From a virus (lineage: Duplodnaviria; Caudoviricetes): DNA of 56,753 nt. Shown piece after piece: positions 29,316-37,638 of this stretch (positions are counted from its first letter, which is position 1; the number at the start of each line of letters is the position of its first letter). The position numbers were made by a program, and so were the translations under genes. The notes beneath the pieces are model-generated. The model did no database searches. It was given only the letters and a program-made list of their open reading frames with translations, and was not told where the DNA came from. The stretch spans positions 1-56,753 of the IMG/VR virus record IMGVR_UViG_3300032224_001432. One strand, given 5' to 3'.

Positions 29316-29712
29316 CTTTGAAAGCATGGAGCTTCTCCAGCACTACATGAACGCAAGGTTCTGCCCCCACTTTCTTACGTTGGCGCACTTCTATTAGGCA
29401 CGCGTCGTCAAACCCTAGTATCTCGGATAATACATCTACTAGCAGTTTTTCTCTGTTAGTGGTGTCTATTCTCAGAATAGGCGATTTGGCGTTCTTGCCC
29501 TTAGTCAGAAGCTCAGTAAAGACGTACGTTATGTCAATGCTGTACCAGTGACCGTCGACCATCGCCATGGACGCGTCCACTAACTCTAGCATCTGAAGCC
29601 GTACGTTCTGTTTGTACTTCCTACCTTCAGAAGAAAGTATGCGTACGCCTCTAACTGACGAGTACGCCTTGTTAGTAGTTGGGGGCAGACCCTGCAAAGT
29701 AAAGGAGATCAT
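29308..29712 (-). CDS. rusA: RusA-family Holliday junction resolvase
   Basis: LPPTTNKAY N-terminus; DTTNREKLLVD...GFDD catalytic pattern (DxxNxxKxxxD...DD). Confidence 0.8.
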   Translation of the reverse strand: MISFTLQGLPPTTNKAYSSVRGVRILSSEGRKYKQNVRLQMLELVDASMAMVDGHWYSIDITYVFTELLTKGKNAKSPILRIDTTNREKLLVDVLSEILGFDDACLIEVRQRKKVGAEPCVHVVLEKLHAFKDA

Positions 29713-30284
29713 CTCTTTATTATTTTCGCGAATACTCGCCGTGACGGCGGATTAGAACCGCCACCGTTATAGCTCGCCTGCACCGCCGCAGTAGCAGCCG
29801 CGCCAGAGCGCAGCATCAGTTCTCTGTACAGACGGTCCATGATCTTTGACGCACTCTTTCTGGCCTCTTCGAAACCTTCAACGATGTTTGTCAAATACAG
29901 AACCTCATTCTCACTATCCGTCAGTGTGCCGTACAACTCGACCGTAGCTGACTTAAGTTCTGCCTGGGTCAAGCTTTTATCCTTACTGACTTCTAGCACT
30001 ACCGCGGCCTTGACCTTCTTAGACTTGTGTTGCTCTACAAGTAGCGACGACTTAAACCTTATCAGCTGGGTCGTTAGGAACTCGTAGAACCCTAGGTACA
30101 AATCGTATTGGTCTCTTAATTCTAACTCCGTCATTTTGGTTATTGCTTCCGGAAACACTGGGCGACGATTCTTGATGTTCTTTTCTTCTATCGGCGCCGC
30201 CAGCCCCAGTGCTATTAAGTCTTCCTCTACCGCTTGGCGCAGTTCGTTGTACTGCGATGTCAGCTGCTGGATTATATCTTGCAT
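29709..30284 (-). CDS. All-helical protein, possible UvsY-like recombination mediator
   Basis: GAGGG RBS before MQDIIQ; long amphipathic helices; sits in the RecA/nuclease cluster (function inferred). Confidence 0.35.
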   Translation of the reverse strand: MQDIIQQLTSQYNELRQAVEEDLIALGLAAPIEEKNIKNRRPVFPEAITKMTELELRDQYDLYLGFYEFLTTQLIRFKSSLLVEQHKSKKVKAAVVLEVSKDKSLTQAELKSATVELYGTLTDSENEVLYLTNIVEGFEEARKSASKIMDRLYRELMLRSGAAATAAVQASYNGGGSNPPSRRVFAKIIKR

Positions 30285-30963
30285 TCTTTCCCTCGAATGG
30301 CTGGCAGACATACGCAAACTTGCAGCTTCGGCACATCAAGAAATCCACCTTTCTCTCAGGCGGTTCTTCTGCCTTTATAGCCTTCTCCACTTCTTCAATA
30401 TCGGAGAGTACCTTCTTCCAAATGTCTTCAGAGAAAAATACTCGGAACCGTTGTCTAGCTCCATTATTCCGATTTATATACAGAAGTTGCGCCCTAGGTA
30501 TCTTAAGCGCAACCATGTACGCGTGTATCTGCTCTACGTGGTCTGGCAACGGGCGCACCAGAGATGTAAACCCATCGTTACCGATAGACTTGATTTCTAG
30601 TATCCACCCGCGAGACGTGAACACGCCGTCACACGAACCACCTATGGACAGTTCGTCGTTCTTGGCGGGAACCTCGTCCTTAAAGTCTCCAGAGAATCCG
30701 CGGAACATATTCTGCACCCACCAGTGCGTACCATGTCCCATCTGAAAGATTACCTGCTGATCCACAGTATTATTCCTAATAGGCAGTACGCCTATTCGGT
30801 CGTAATACAAATTTCGCTTACACTTACCCAGTGATGATGGGTGGTATACACCAATGCGACGATCCCACGGTTTGTTGTTCTCAGCCGTAAGCGCTTTTTC
30901 TAGTTCTTCGTTTACGTCGAACTCGTCAAAGCCTTTTGGTAAAGGATCGAACTCAGGTGCCAT
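30052..30963 (-). CDS. Cas4-like PD-(D/E)XK exonuclease with predicted 4Fe-4S cluster
   Basis: HPSSLGKCKR, GHGTH, CDG...LEIKS, QIHAYM, CRSCKFAYVC. Confidence 0.85.
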   Translation of the reverse strand: MAPEFDPLPKGFDEFDVNEELEKALTAENNKPWDRRIGVYHPSSLGKCKRNLYYDRIGVLPIRNNTVDQQVIFQMGHGTHWWVQNMFRGFSGDFKDEVPAKNDELSIGGSCDGVFTSRGWILEIKSIGNDGFTSLVRPLPDHVEQIHAYMVALKIPRAQLLYINRNNGARQRFRVFFSEDIWKKVLSDIEEVEKAIKAEEPPERKVDFLMCRSCKFAYVCQPFEGKNARYNPAADIAVQRTAPSGRGRLNSTGAGGADRRKEHQESSPSVSGSNNQNDGVRIKRPIRFVPRVLRVPNDPADKV

Positions 30964-31720
30964 CCATTCCTCTCTTTGCTAGTTTTAGAAACCGCTCATA
31001 GCTGAAGCAGTAATACATGCCAGAAGCAGACTCTAGTTCATATACAGCACCGCGCACTGCATCGTTAGACATAGCTACTGTCACTGTAAATGAGCGTTCG
31101 CCAGCGCAACGTATCTTCTTGATGGTTGCTTCTGCTAGCAGTTCATCATCCGCCTCTGCTTTCGGTATGATGCAGAGTTCTTCTTTTCCATCCAGTTCTA
31201 TTATGTAGACACCGATTCTATTCTCTAGGTAAGCCTGCTGTTTGAGGAACCCCAAGTCTCGTACATCCACGCTGAATGTACTGTGCTTGGTGGTCTTGGC
31301 CTCTATCTTGAAACGAGGCAGTACCACGTCTCGTCTAGCTCCCCATCTGGCCCCAGAAGCAGGCTGTCTTTTACCTCCGGTGTCCTTGGCTATTCTCTTC
31401 TCCTGTTTAAGACTGCGTGCTCTGTTTGTCTCACTCATAACTCGCTCACTCAGGAGTCTGTGCTCTTCTGATTCCAGAAGAATATCTGGAGTAACGGTCC
31501 ATGACGCCTGCGCCAGTATCTCTTTGGCTTTCAGCATGTCACCAGGCTGGAGGTGTATTGCAACCGCCAGCCCAGTGACAGCGTGGGTTACGTTCAAGAA
31601 GTCTTTGCCTGGTGGGCAGTCTGCAGACTTATGTACGATTAAACCTGGAAGAAACTGGGTAGCACGAACAGCTCTAAGCGAGTCTAACCCGATTATTATG
31701 TCGTGCTTCCTTGACGTCAT
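30953..31720 (-). CDS. PD-(D/E)XK nuclease, Hjc-like resolvase domain with N-terminal extension
   Basis: KQEKRIA...PASGA...RDVV...IEAKTT. Confidence 0.65.
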   Translation of the reverse strand: MTSRKHDIIIGLDSLRAVRATQFLPGLIVHKSADCPPGKDFLNVTHAVTGLAVAIHLQPGDMLKAKEILAQASWTVTPDILLESEEHRLLSERVMSETNRARSLKQEKRIAKDTGGKRQPASGARWGARRDVVLPRFKIEAKTTKHSTFSVDVRDLGFLKQQAYLENRIGVYIIELDGKEELCIIPKAEADDELLAEATIKKIRCAGERSFTVTVAMSNDAVRGAVYELESASGMYYCFSYERFLKLAKRGMDGT

Positions 31721-32877
31721 TACGTGACTTCTCCTGTTGCGACAGCACGCATCACTGCGGTTTTTACTTCCTCTGCCACTTCTGGGTGATTGCGCAGAAA
31801 CTCAATGACGCCTTCGAAGCCACCACTGACACTATCCTCATAGTCTAGTATGTAGTGGTTGGCACCGCGACGAGTAATACACTCATGCGCCTTTGCAGTA
31901 TTAGCCAAAATTCTTATGGTGTCGATACCTCCGTTACCGGCAGCATCAAAATACATAAAGGTAAACTCACCCTCAGCGCCTTCGCTTAGGCCGAACTTTC
32001 CCTTACCTACTTTCCACTTTACCTTCTTACCTACCTTGACCTTATCCGAGCCTTTGACCTCAAATCCAGCTGGTGCCAGGTGTACGTCTATCGCCTTTGC
32101 GTGCTTTAGCGCGTATCCACTAGGTATGGTCCAAGGATTGAACCTAGACGTATACGCATCCGTATTAGCGCGTACCGGCTGCAGTACTACTACGCACGTA
32201 CCGTTGGGCTTGCCTTCAGCATCTTTATGGCGAAGAGCCGTATAGATCTTCTTTACGAAGTTAGTGACCAGAGAAGCCCATGTCGCCATACGAGCATTTT
32301 CGTGCAGACCCTTGACTACGTCATCCTTAGTCTCGCCCGATGCCATTTCGTCAATGACTACGAACTGGAACTCGCCACTCTCTACAAGCTTTACGGCTGC
32401 GGTGAAGATAGACTCGGCGGGGTGCTCGTTGGCCTCGTCGCTGTTGGAGATATCCACAAAGTATACGTTACCAATCTGCTCTCCGCATTGTTCCGCAGTA
32501 GCCTTGCTGGGGTCGATACCCAATGCCTCAAGTTCTGACTTAGTTCTATGTAGCTTTACGCCACACTTACGCATGAAGTCAACGTCAGGTCTATAGCCGA
32601 AGGTCATGTACAGGATGTTGCTCTCATCCCCGTAGATGCGCTGGACCTGGGCCATGTTGTGGTTTACGAGAAGGTTCTTACCTGTACCGTCAGGACCAAA
32701 GATCTGATTGACGGTTCCACGCGGCCATCCACCACACAGAGCAGCATCCAGATCCATTAGACCGAATGGAATACGTTCGTGGTACGGAGTCTCTACCTGC
32801 GCAAGCTGCGAGATAGTGACTGACGCGTCTAGGCCTTTGGTAACACTCTTTATTAGCGCAGATAAATCTTTTGGCAT
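31720..32877 (-). CDS. recA: RecA/UvsX-like recombinase
   Basis: LDAALCGGWPRG, Walker A GPDGTGKN, Walker B FVVIDEMA, GYALKH. Confidence 0.88.
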   Translation of the reverse strand: MPKDLSALIKSVTKGLDASVTISQLAQVETPYHERIPFGLMDLDAALCGGWPRGTVNQIFGPDGTGKNLLVNHNMAQVQRIYGDESNILYMTFGYRPDVDFMRKCGVKLHRTKSELEALGIDPSKATAEQCGEQIGNVYFVDISNSDEANEHPAESIFTAAVKLVESGEFQFVVIDEMASGETKDDVVKGLHENARMATWASLVTNFVKKIYTALRHKDAEGKPNGTCVVVLQPVRANTDAYTSRFNPWTIPSGYALKHAKAIDVHLAPAGFEVKGSDKVKVGKKVKWKVGKGKFGLSEGAEGEFTFMYFDAAGNGGIDTIRILANTAKAHECITRRGANHYILDYEDSVSGGFEGVIEFLRNHPEVAEEVKTAVMRAVATGEVT

Positions 32878-33048
32878 CTAGTCCTCCTTGTCGCGTTGCT
32901 TGGAGCTATTCTCCATAGCCTGCTTGATTAGACCGGATGCCTCACCGGAAGCTACCTTCTCCAGAGCCTCTTCTTCTGTCTGGCAGATACCAAGTTCTAA
33001 GAGCTTTAGCAGCTCTTCTCTATTTACTCCGTATTTAATCAGTGACAC
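32878..33048 (-). CDS. Unannotated 56-aa helical protein
   Basis: AGGAGG RBS plus GTG; MSLIKYGVNREELLKLLELGICQTEEEALEKVASGEASGLIKQAMENSSKQRDKED; stop abuts the recA ATG. Confidence 0.7.
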   Translation of the reverse strand: MSLIKYGVNREELLKLLELGICQTEEEALEKVASGEASGLIKQAMENSSKQRDKED

Positions 33049-33457
33049 TTGTCCTCCTATGGACGGTCTTTACAACTGCGCCGAAGTGGTTGGTTCTTCT
33101 CTCTTCAGACTCTTGTGGCTTAGTCAATTTACTGACCGTGCTCACTGGTTCTGCTCTTACTATCTGCGCGCTTTCTAACTCCTGCAGCAACACATCTTCT
33201 GTCAGATAATGCAGGTAGCTTTCCCCTACACTTTGGGCTGGTAAAGACGGGACCGCTATCTTCTTGAATATGCGGTACATCTTTCCAGGGATGCCCATTT
33301 TAGCTTGTACGGTTACATTTACTCCGTTGTACATCAGCAGTAACTTTACTTCCTTTAGAAAAGCGTTCTTGCGTACACCAAGGAAGCGCAAAGCAGCGCT
33401 TTCTAAACGCTGCCGGAGCACTTGGTGCTGCAGTTGCGTTACTTGCAGTCGGCCCAT
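33035..33457 (-). CDS. Hypothetical protein
   Basis: Fills the gap between the polymerase and the 56-aa ORF on the coding strand. Confidence 0.5.
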   Translation of the reverse strand: MGRLQVTQLQHQVLRQRLESAALRFLGVRKNAFLKEVKLLLMYNGVNVTVQAKMGIPGKMYRIFKKIAVPSLPAQSVGESYLHYLTEDVLLQELESAQIVRAEPVSTVSKLTKPQESEERRTNHFGAVVKTVHRRTSVTD

Positions 33458-35373
33458 GTCTGCCCGCTCTTACCACTGGTGTCCAGTGGAACGTTTAGGT
33501 CATACCCAAGCGCCTCAACTATACCCTGCACCATGTGGTACTGGATTCTAGCATCTATGTCAGGATCATTCTCGTACTGCGCTGGGATCTCAAACACCAA
33601 CTCGTCGTGTACCTGCACCAACATCTCTACACCCAGGTTCACTAACAATGGGTCTACAAAGATGCGATTCATCGCCACTTTCAGGATTTCACTAGCAAAT
33701 CCCTGAATAGGCGCGTTCTTAACCTGTCTTTCCGCACGTGCGACATCGCCTGTGAAACTAGACCAGATGCCCGGCAACTGACGGCGTCTACCCATGATGG
33801 TAGAGCTGTACCCGTTTCTTCTAGCCTCTTGTATCACTTCGTCGAAGTACTCCTTCACCCTAGGCACCGCAGCAAAGTATTTCTTGATAATTTCCTTTGC
33901 CTCTTCTACCGATACTCCGAGCGACTTGGCCAACTTACTAGGACCCATCCCATACATGATCCCGAAGTTCAGGGTCTTAGCGTTCTTTCTATAGGAAAGG
34001 TTTTCCTTCTCTTCCTTGGTCAGCGTTTCGCCAATATCGTCCTTGTGCTTTGCTGCCATGATGACTTCGTAAGACACACCGTACATGTTTGCACCTGTAG
34101 CGGAGTGTACGTCCTTACCAGTCCTAATAGCGTCACACAAAGACGGGTCAGCCGACACGTGAGCAAGAATACGCATCTCTAGCTGCTGCTGGTCTCTTGC
34201 TTTCAGCTTGTAACCAGGTTTAGCTCGATAGGCGTCTCTGATGTACGGCGGCTGATTCTGCAGGTTGGGATCTGCGGAACTTAGACGACCCGTTCTAGCG
34301 CCTGTCTGGTTGAACCTAGTATGGATACGCCCGTCTGCTGCCAAGTGGTCTAGTAGACCTAGTACATAGGTGTCTAACTGCTTAGACAAGTCTCTGTACC
34401 GCAGCAAGTTAGTAGCGAACTGACAACCACTCTTTGCCCACACCTTCAGTGCGTTTTTGTTTAGCTGCGGCTGCCCACCTTCGGTAAAGGTGGTGGGGAT
34501 GTAGCCTAGCTTGTTAAAGAACAGGTTACACATCTGAGGATTGCTCTTCAGATTTATGTCGTGTCGCCGTAGCTTATGACAGAACCAGCGCTCGATACTA
34601 GTTATCTCAGCCTCTAGCACAGGAGCTCTGGTCAGTAGCGCATCGACATCTAGCATGATGCCTTTGCGCTCCATGTGCCATAGCACCTTGGTGTACATAA
34701 CCTCGGTAGCCGTATAGTACTCCCACAAATGTTCGTACGGCGGATACACCTTGCTTGGTACGTAGTCACCAAGATCTGCAGGCTTAAGGCGTGCGTTCTC
34801 TAGTTTCTTCTGAAGTATTAGAAATAATTTGTACGTGGCGAACGCGTCCAACGCCGAGTAGTTGACTGTAACTTCCTCGTTCTCAGGGTCTAACAAGATG
34901 TCTGTCAGGCTGCGCGTTTTCATCTGTTTACCGTACACAGACTTAAACGGCACCATGTCTATACCTAGATACTTTCTTGCTAAGTACTTCAGATCGTGTG
35001 GCGCTGAGTCATCCAGCAGTGCGTGCATAACCATAGTATCGTAGACGCGTGCATGCTCTCTCGGGCACTTACGATCTAGGTCGATACCGATGTTCATCAG
35101 CATCCACTGGTCGAAGTTGGCATTATGCCCAACTAGTCTGACCGTTGGATTTTCTAGCAGATCTTGGAAGTAGGGTAGAACCTGCGGCCATACAGCCCAT
35201 CTACCCTTACCGTCCGACAAACTAAGAATAATCGCACGCTCTTTGTGTCTAGTCAGACCTGTTGTCTCTGTGTCAAACGCCAGCAGCCGTTTAGTAGATA
35301 AGTGCTCTACTAGGTTCTTTGCCTCCTCAACCGTACTTATCTTTATCGCCGGAGGGAGTACATAAAATGGCAT
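33439..35373 (-). CDS. polA: Family A DNA polymerase (3'-5' exonuclease + polymerase, no 5'-3' exonuclease)
   Basis: ExoI FDTETTG, ExoII HNANFD, ExoIII YSALDA; TGRLSSADPNLQN; motif A DQQQLEMR, B RKNAKTLNFGIMYG, C VHDEL; start at MPFYV with GAGGTG RBS. Confidence 0.95.
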   Translation of the reverse strand: MPFYVLPPAIKISTVEEAKNLVEHLSTKRLLAFDTETTGLTRHKERAIILSLSDGKGRWAVWPQVLPYFQDLLENPTVRLVGHNANFDQWMLMNIGIDLDRKCPREHARVYDTMVMHALLDDSAPHDLKYLARKYLGIDMVPFKSVYGKQMKTRSLTDILLDPENEEVTVNYSALDAFATYKLFLILQKKLENARLKPADLGDYVPSKVYPPYEHLWEYYTATEVMYTKVLWHMERKGIMLDVDALLTRAPVLEAEITSIERWFCHKLRRHDINLKSNPQMCNLFFNKLGYIPTTFTEGGQPQLNKNALKVWAKSGCQFATNLLRYRDLSKQLDTYVLGLLDHLAADGRIHTRFNQTGARTGRLSSADPNLQNQPPYIRDAYRAKPGYKLKARDQQQLEMRILAHVSADPSLCDAIRTGKDVHSATGANMYGVSYEVIMAAKHKDDIGETLTKEEKENLSYRKNAKTLNFGIMYGMGPSKLAKSLGVSVEEAKEIIKKYFAAVPRVKEYFDEVIQEARRNGYSSTIMGRRRQLPGIWSSFTGDVARAERQVKNAPIQGFASEILKVAMNRIFVDPLLVNLGVEMLVQVHDELVFEIPAQYENDPDIDARIQYHMVQGIVEALGYDLNVPLDTSGKSGQTWADCK

Positions 35374-35393
35374 TCTACACCTCGGTAGAGGTA

Positions 35394-35422
35394 GGGAGGG
35401 AGAGTTGCTAGCTCTCCCTCCC
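35394..35422. promoter_or_regulatory. Perfect 11-bp stem-loop between the SSB candidate and DNA polymerase
   Basis: GGGAGGGAGAG-TTGCTAG-CTCTCCCTCCC; no U-tract on the coding strand. Confidence 0.6.
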
Positions 35423-35448
35423 ACCGTTATCGCTCTATGTCACATGTA

Positions 35449-36636
35449 TCAAGCATTCCACGGAATGCTGTCTTCGTCCGCTTCCTCAGACGAAGCGTCG
35501 GATGGGACCGCACTCACATTGCGCTGCTTGAAGAACTCGACCAGTGCCTCGTCGGCGTCTGGTCCAAATGGGTTCTCTACGCCCATGTTCTCGGCCTGCT
35601 CCTTTAGCGGCATGTACTGCAGGAACTCCGTAAACGGCATAGGCTGCAGACACGCACCCGACAGCTCGTTGTGCGTCTTTACGGGGCGTACAGCGTGTAC
35701 ATGCAGAGCGTAAGACTCCGGGTCCTGCTCAACCTGCATTTCGATATCGAACACCGTGGTATTCGCGGGAAACGCCTTAGGATCGTCGCAGCCGTTGATG
35801 TCTCCTTCCGGTCCCTGCTTGATACAAGCCATCTCTGCTACAGCCTTTACCGTAGCTGAGCAGTGCGGGCACTCTACTTCGTGATTGATGAGGGCGTCGA
35901 GATCTTCCTCACCCACGTCATCTTCGTAGCGATCGCACATTACGCCATTGCACGAGGGACAGCTGAACTTGATCGGCAGCACTTCGCCAGCGCCACACGA
36001 CAAGCACGTATTCAACTTGGCGGACGCCAGTTCAATAAGCATGTCACGTGTCTTTGCCGACATCGCCCAATATCTACGCTGACCGAACACTTTCTTGCTG
36101 TCGGCCTTGCCGCCTTCTTCGCTGATGCAGTACTGGCAGTTCGGCTTACCGAACCGATTCTTGCCTCCGCAACGCTCGTACTTGAAGTACGGACGCTTCT
36201 TCGGGTCTTTGTTCTGCACAGTTATTTCGTGGTAATACTCTAAGATAGCCGTGGTGACCGCATACTGTCCTTTTGCGAACAGCTTGTTGTCACCGGTCTC
36301 CGACGCATAGTGGAAGACCAAGTCCGGAACCGGAAGTTCGCCGTTATGGCTATTGGAGATAACCAACTTCTTGGAGCCGGTCGGTCCCGCCCAACGGCTG
36401 TAGAACAAGAAGAACGGATTGCCTGCGGTTGTGGCCACCAGACGAACCCACGTACGCTTTCCCTTGGGGTCAAAGAACTGCATACGGTAACGCCATGGAG
36501 GCGTACCGGTGTAACCACCTTCTTTAGAGAATCCCTTACCGCCCGTCTTCTGGCCACCTAGGCCTTGGATTGTGCGCTTGCGCATCTCAAATTCATTCTT
36601 CTGGTATTCAGCCCAACTTTTGATTGGTCCAGGCAT
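35449..36636 (-). CDS. Putative single-stranded DNA-binding protein with several Zn-ribbon motifs
   Basis: Between primase and polymerase; acidic tail SEEADEDSIPWNA; CQYC, CLSC, CPSC, CPHC; start at MPGPIK with GGAG RBS. Confidence 0.6.
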   Translation of the reverse strand: MPGPIKSWAEYQKNEFEMRKRTIQGLGGQKTGGKGFSKEGGYTGTPPWRYRMQFFDPKGKRTWVRLVATTAGNPFFLFYSRWAGPTGSKKLVISNSHNGELPVPDLVFHYASETGDNKLFAKGQYAVTTAILEYYHEITVQNKDPKKRPYFKYERCGGKNRFGKPNCQYCISEEGGKADSKKVFGQRRYWAMSAKTRDMLIELASAKLNTCLSCGAGEVLPIKFSCPSCNGVMCDRYEDDVGEEDLDALINHEVECPHCSATVKAVAEMACIKQGPEGDINGCDDPKAFPANTTVFDIEMQVEQDPESYALHVHAVRPVKTHNELSGACLQPMPFTEFLQYMPLKEQAENMGVENPFGPDADEALVEFFKQRNVSAVPSDASSEEADEDSIPWNA

Positions 36637-37630
36637 TTCTTCTTCTCCAGTCTGCCGCACGTGGCGCATTAGTTACTTTTTCTTTGACAGCATCTATCGA
36701 CAGATCGTCTGGCGATAGTTCATTAAAGGTGCCGTAGTCGACTATCTTCAGGTCTAGGTCGGTAACCTGTCTTGAGATAGTCCAACTGGCCCTTCTACCC
36801 GCCGAGTCGTTATCGAGAAACAACACGGCCTCAGAGGCTACTCGGGAAAGCAAGATATGTTGTTCTGCTGAAAGGGCCGCACCGAATAGAGCGACCACAT
36901 CCGAAAAACCCGCCTGCTTTACCCAGAGAGCAGCTTTGAACCCCTCACATAGTATGACGGGTTCAGCGCTCGGCAAGTGTAGCCTAGCATGATAAAACTT
37001 GTCAAGACCCCATAAAATCTTTGACTTTTCGCACTTGTAATTGCGTCCTGCAATGGAGTAAAACTCCGACCTGTAGACCTTGTACCTAGGCTCTTCATCT
37101 ATGACCGTACGCCCAGACACGCCCACTAGATTACCCAGGTGGTCTCTAATCGGAAATGTTATTCTGCGCAGGTCTCGGTCAAAACCTATGTCGTGGTCTT
37201 TTATTATCTCGGGCGTAAAACCGCTGCGCAGCATTTCTCTAGGGCAGTAGTCATACACACCAAGCAGTGTTTCTGGCAATACAAACTGCGAGAAGTCTAG
37301 CTGGCCTAGCTTTAGGTCTAGCTCTTTATGCGGGTCTTTATTTTTGTTGGTATTGGCCAGTTCGGTTCTGACCATTTCTACTATTTGTCTATCTGCGCCT
37401 AACTTGTACAGCAGGCGGGAAAGAGTCCAGCCCTCGTTGCACGTGTGACAGAAAGTAGAACCCGGCTGTGCTTTTCCAGTCGGCTTACCAACGTACACGT
37501 ACATTGAGGGCGAGGACTCATTACCACCTTTATGGAACGGACAGAACGCAGCAAGATTTTCTGAACCGGCTCCTACGTTCTGAAACTTGAGCCACTTAGA
37601 AAGTATTGAGGCTACTTCTTCTCCTTGCAT
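36608..37630 (-). CDS. dnaG: DnaG-type DNA primase (CHC2 zinc finger + TOPRIM)
   Basis: CPFH...CHTC; RITFPIRD...GVSGR; LCEGF; FLDNDSAG. Confidence 0.9.
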   Translation of the reverse strand: MQGEEVASILSKWLKFQNVGAGSENLAAFCPFHKGGNESSPSMYVYVGKPTGKAQPGSTFCHTCNEGWTLSRLLYKLGADRQIVEMVRTELANTNKNKDPHKELDLKLGQLDFSQFVLPETLLGVYDYCPREMLRSGFTPEIIKDHDIGFDRDLRRITFPIRDHLGNLVGVSGRTVIDEEPRYKVYRSEFYSIAGRNYKCEKSKILWGLDKFYHARLHLPSAEPVILCEGFKAALWVKQAGFSDVVALFGAALSAEQHILLSRVASEAVLFLDNDSAGRRASWTISRQVTDLDLKIVDYGTFNELSPDDLSIDAVKEKVTNAPRAADWRRRNAWTNQKLG

Positions 37631-37638
37631 GGTGGCCT

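Noticed and set aside
30052-30963. CRISPR-Cas locus
   Set aside because: Only a solo Cas4-like gene; no cas1/cas2 and no repeat-spacer array seen
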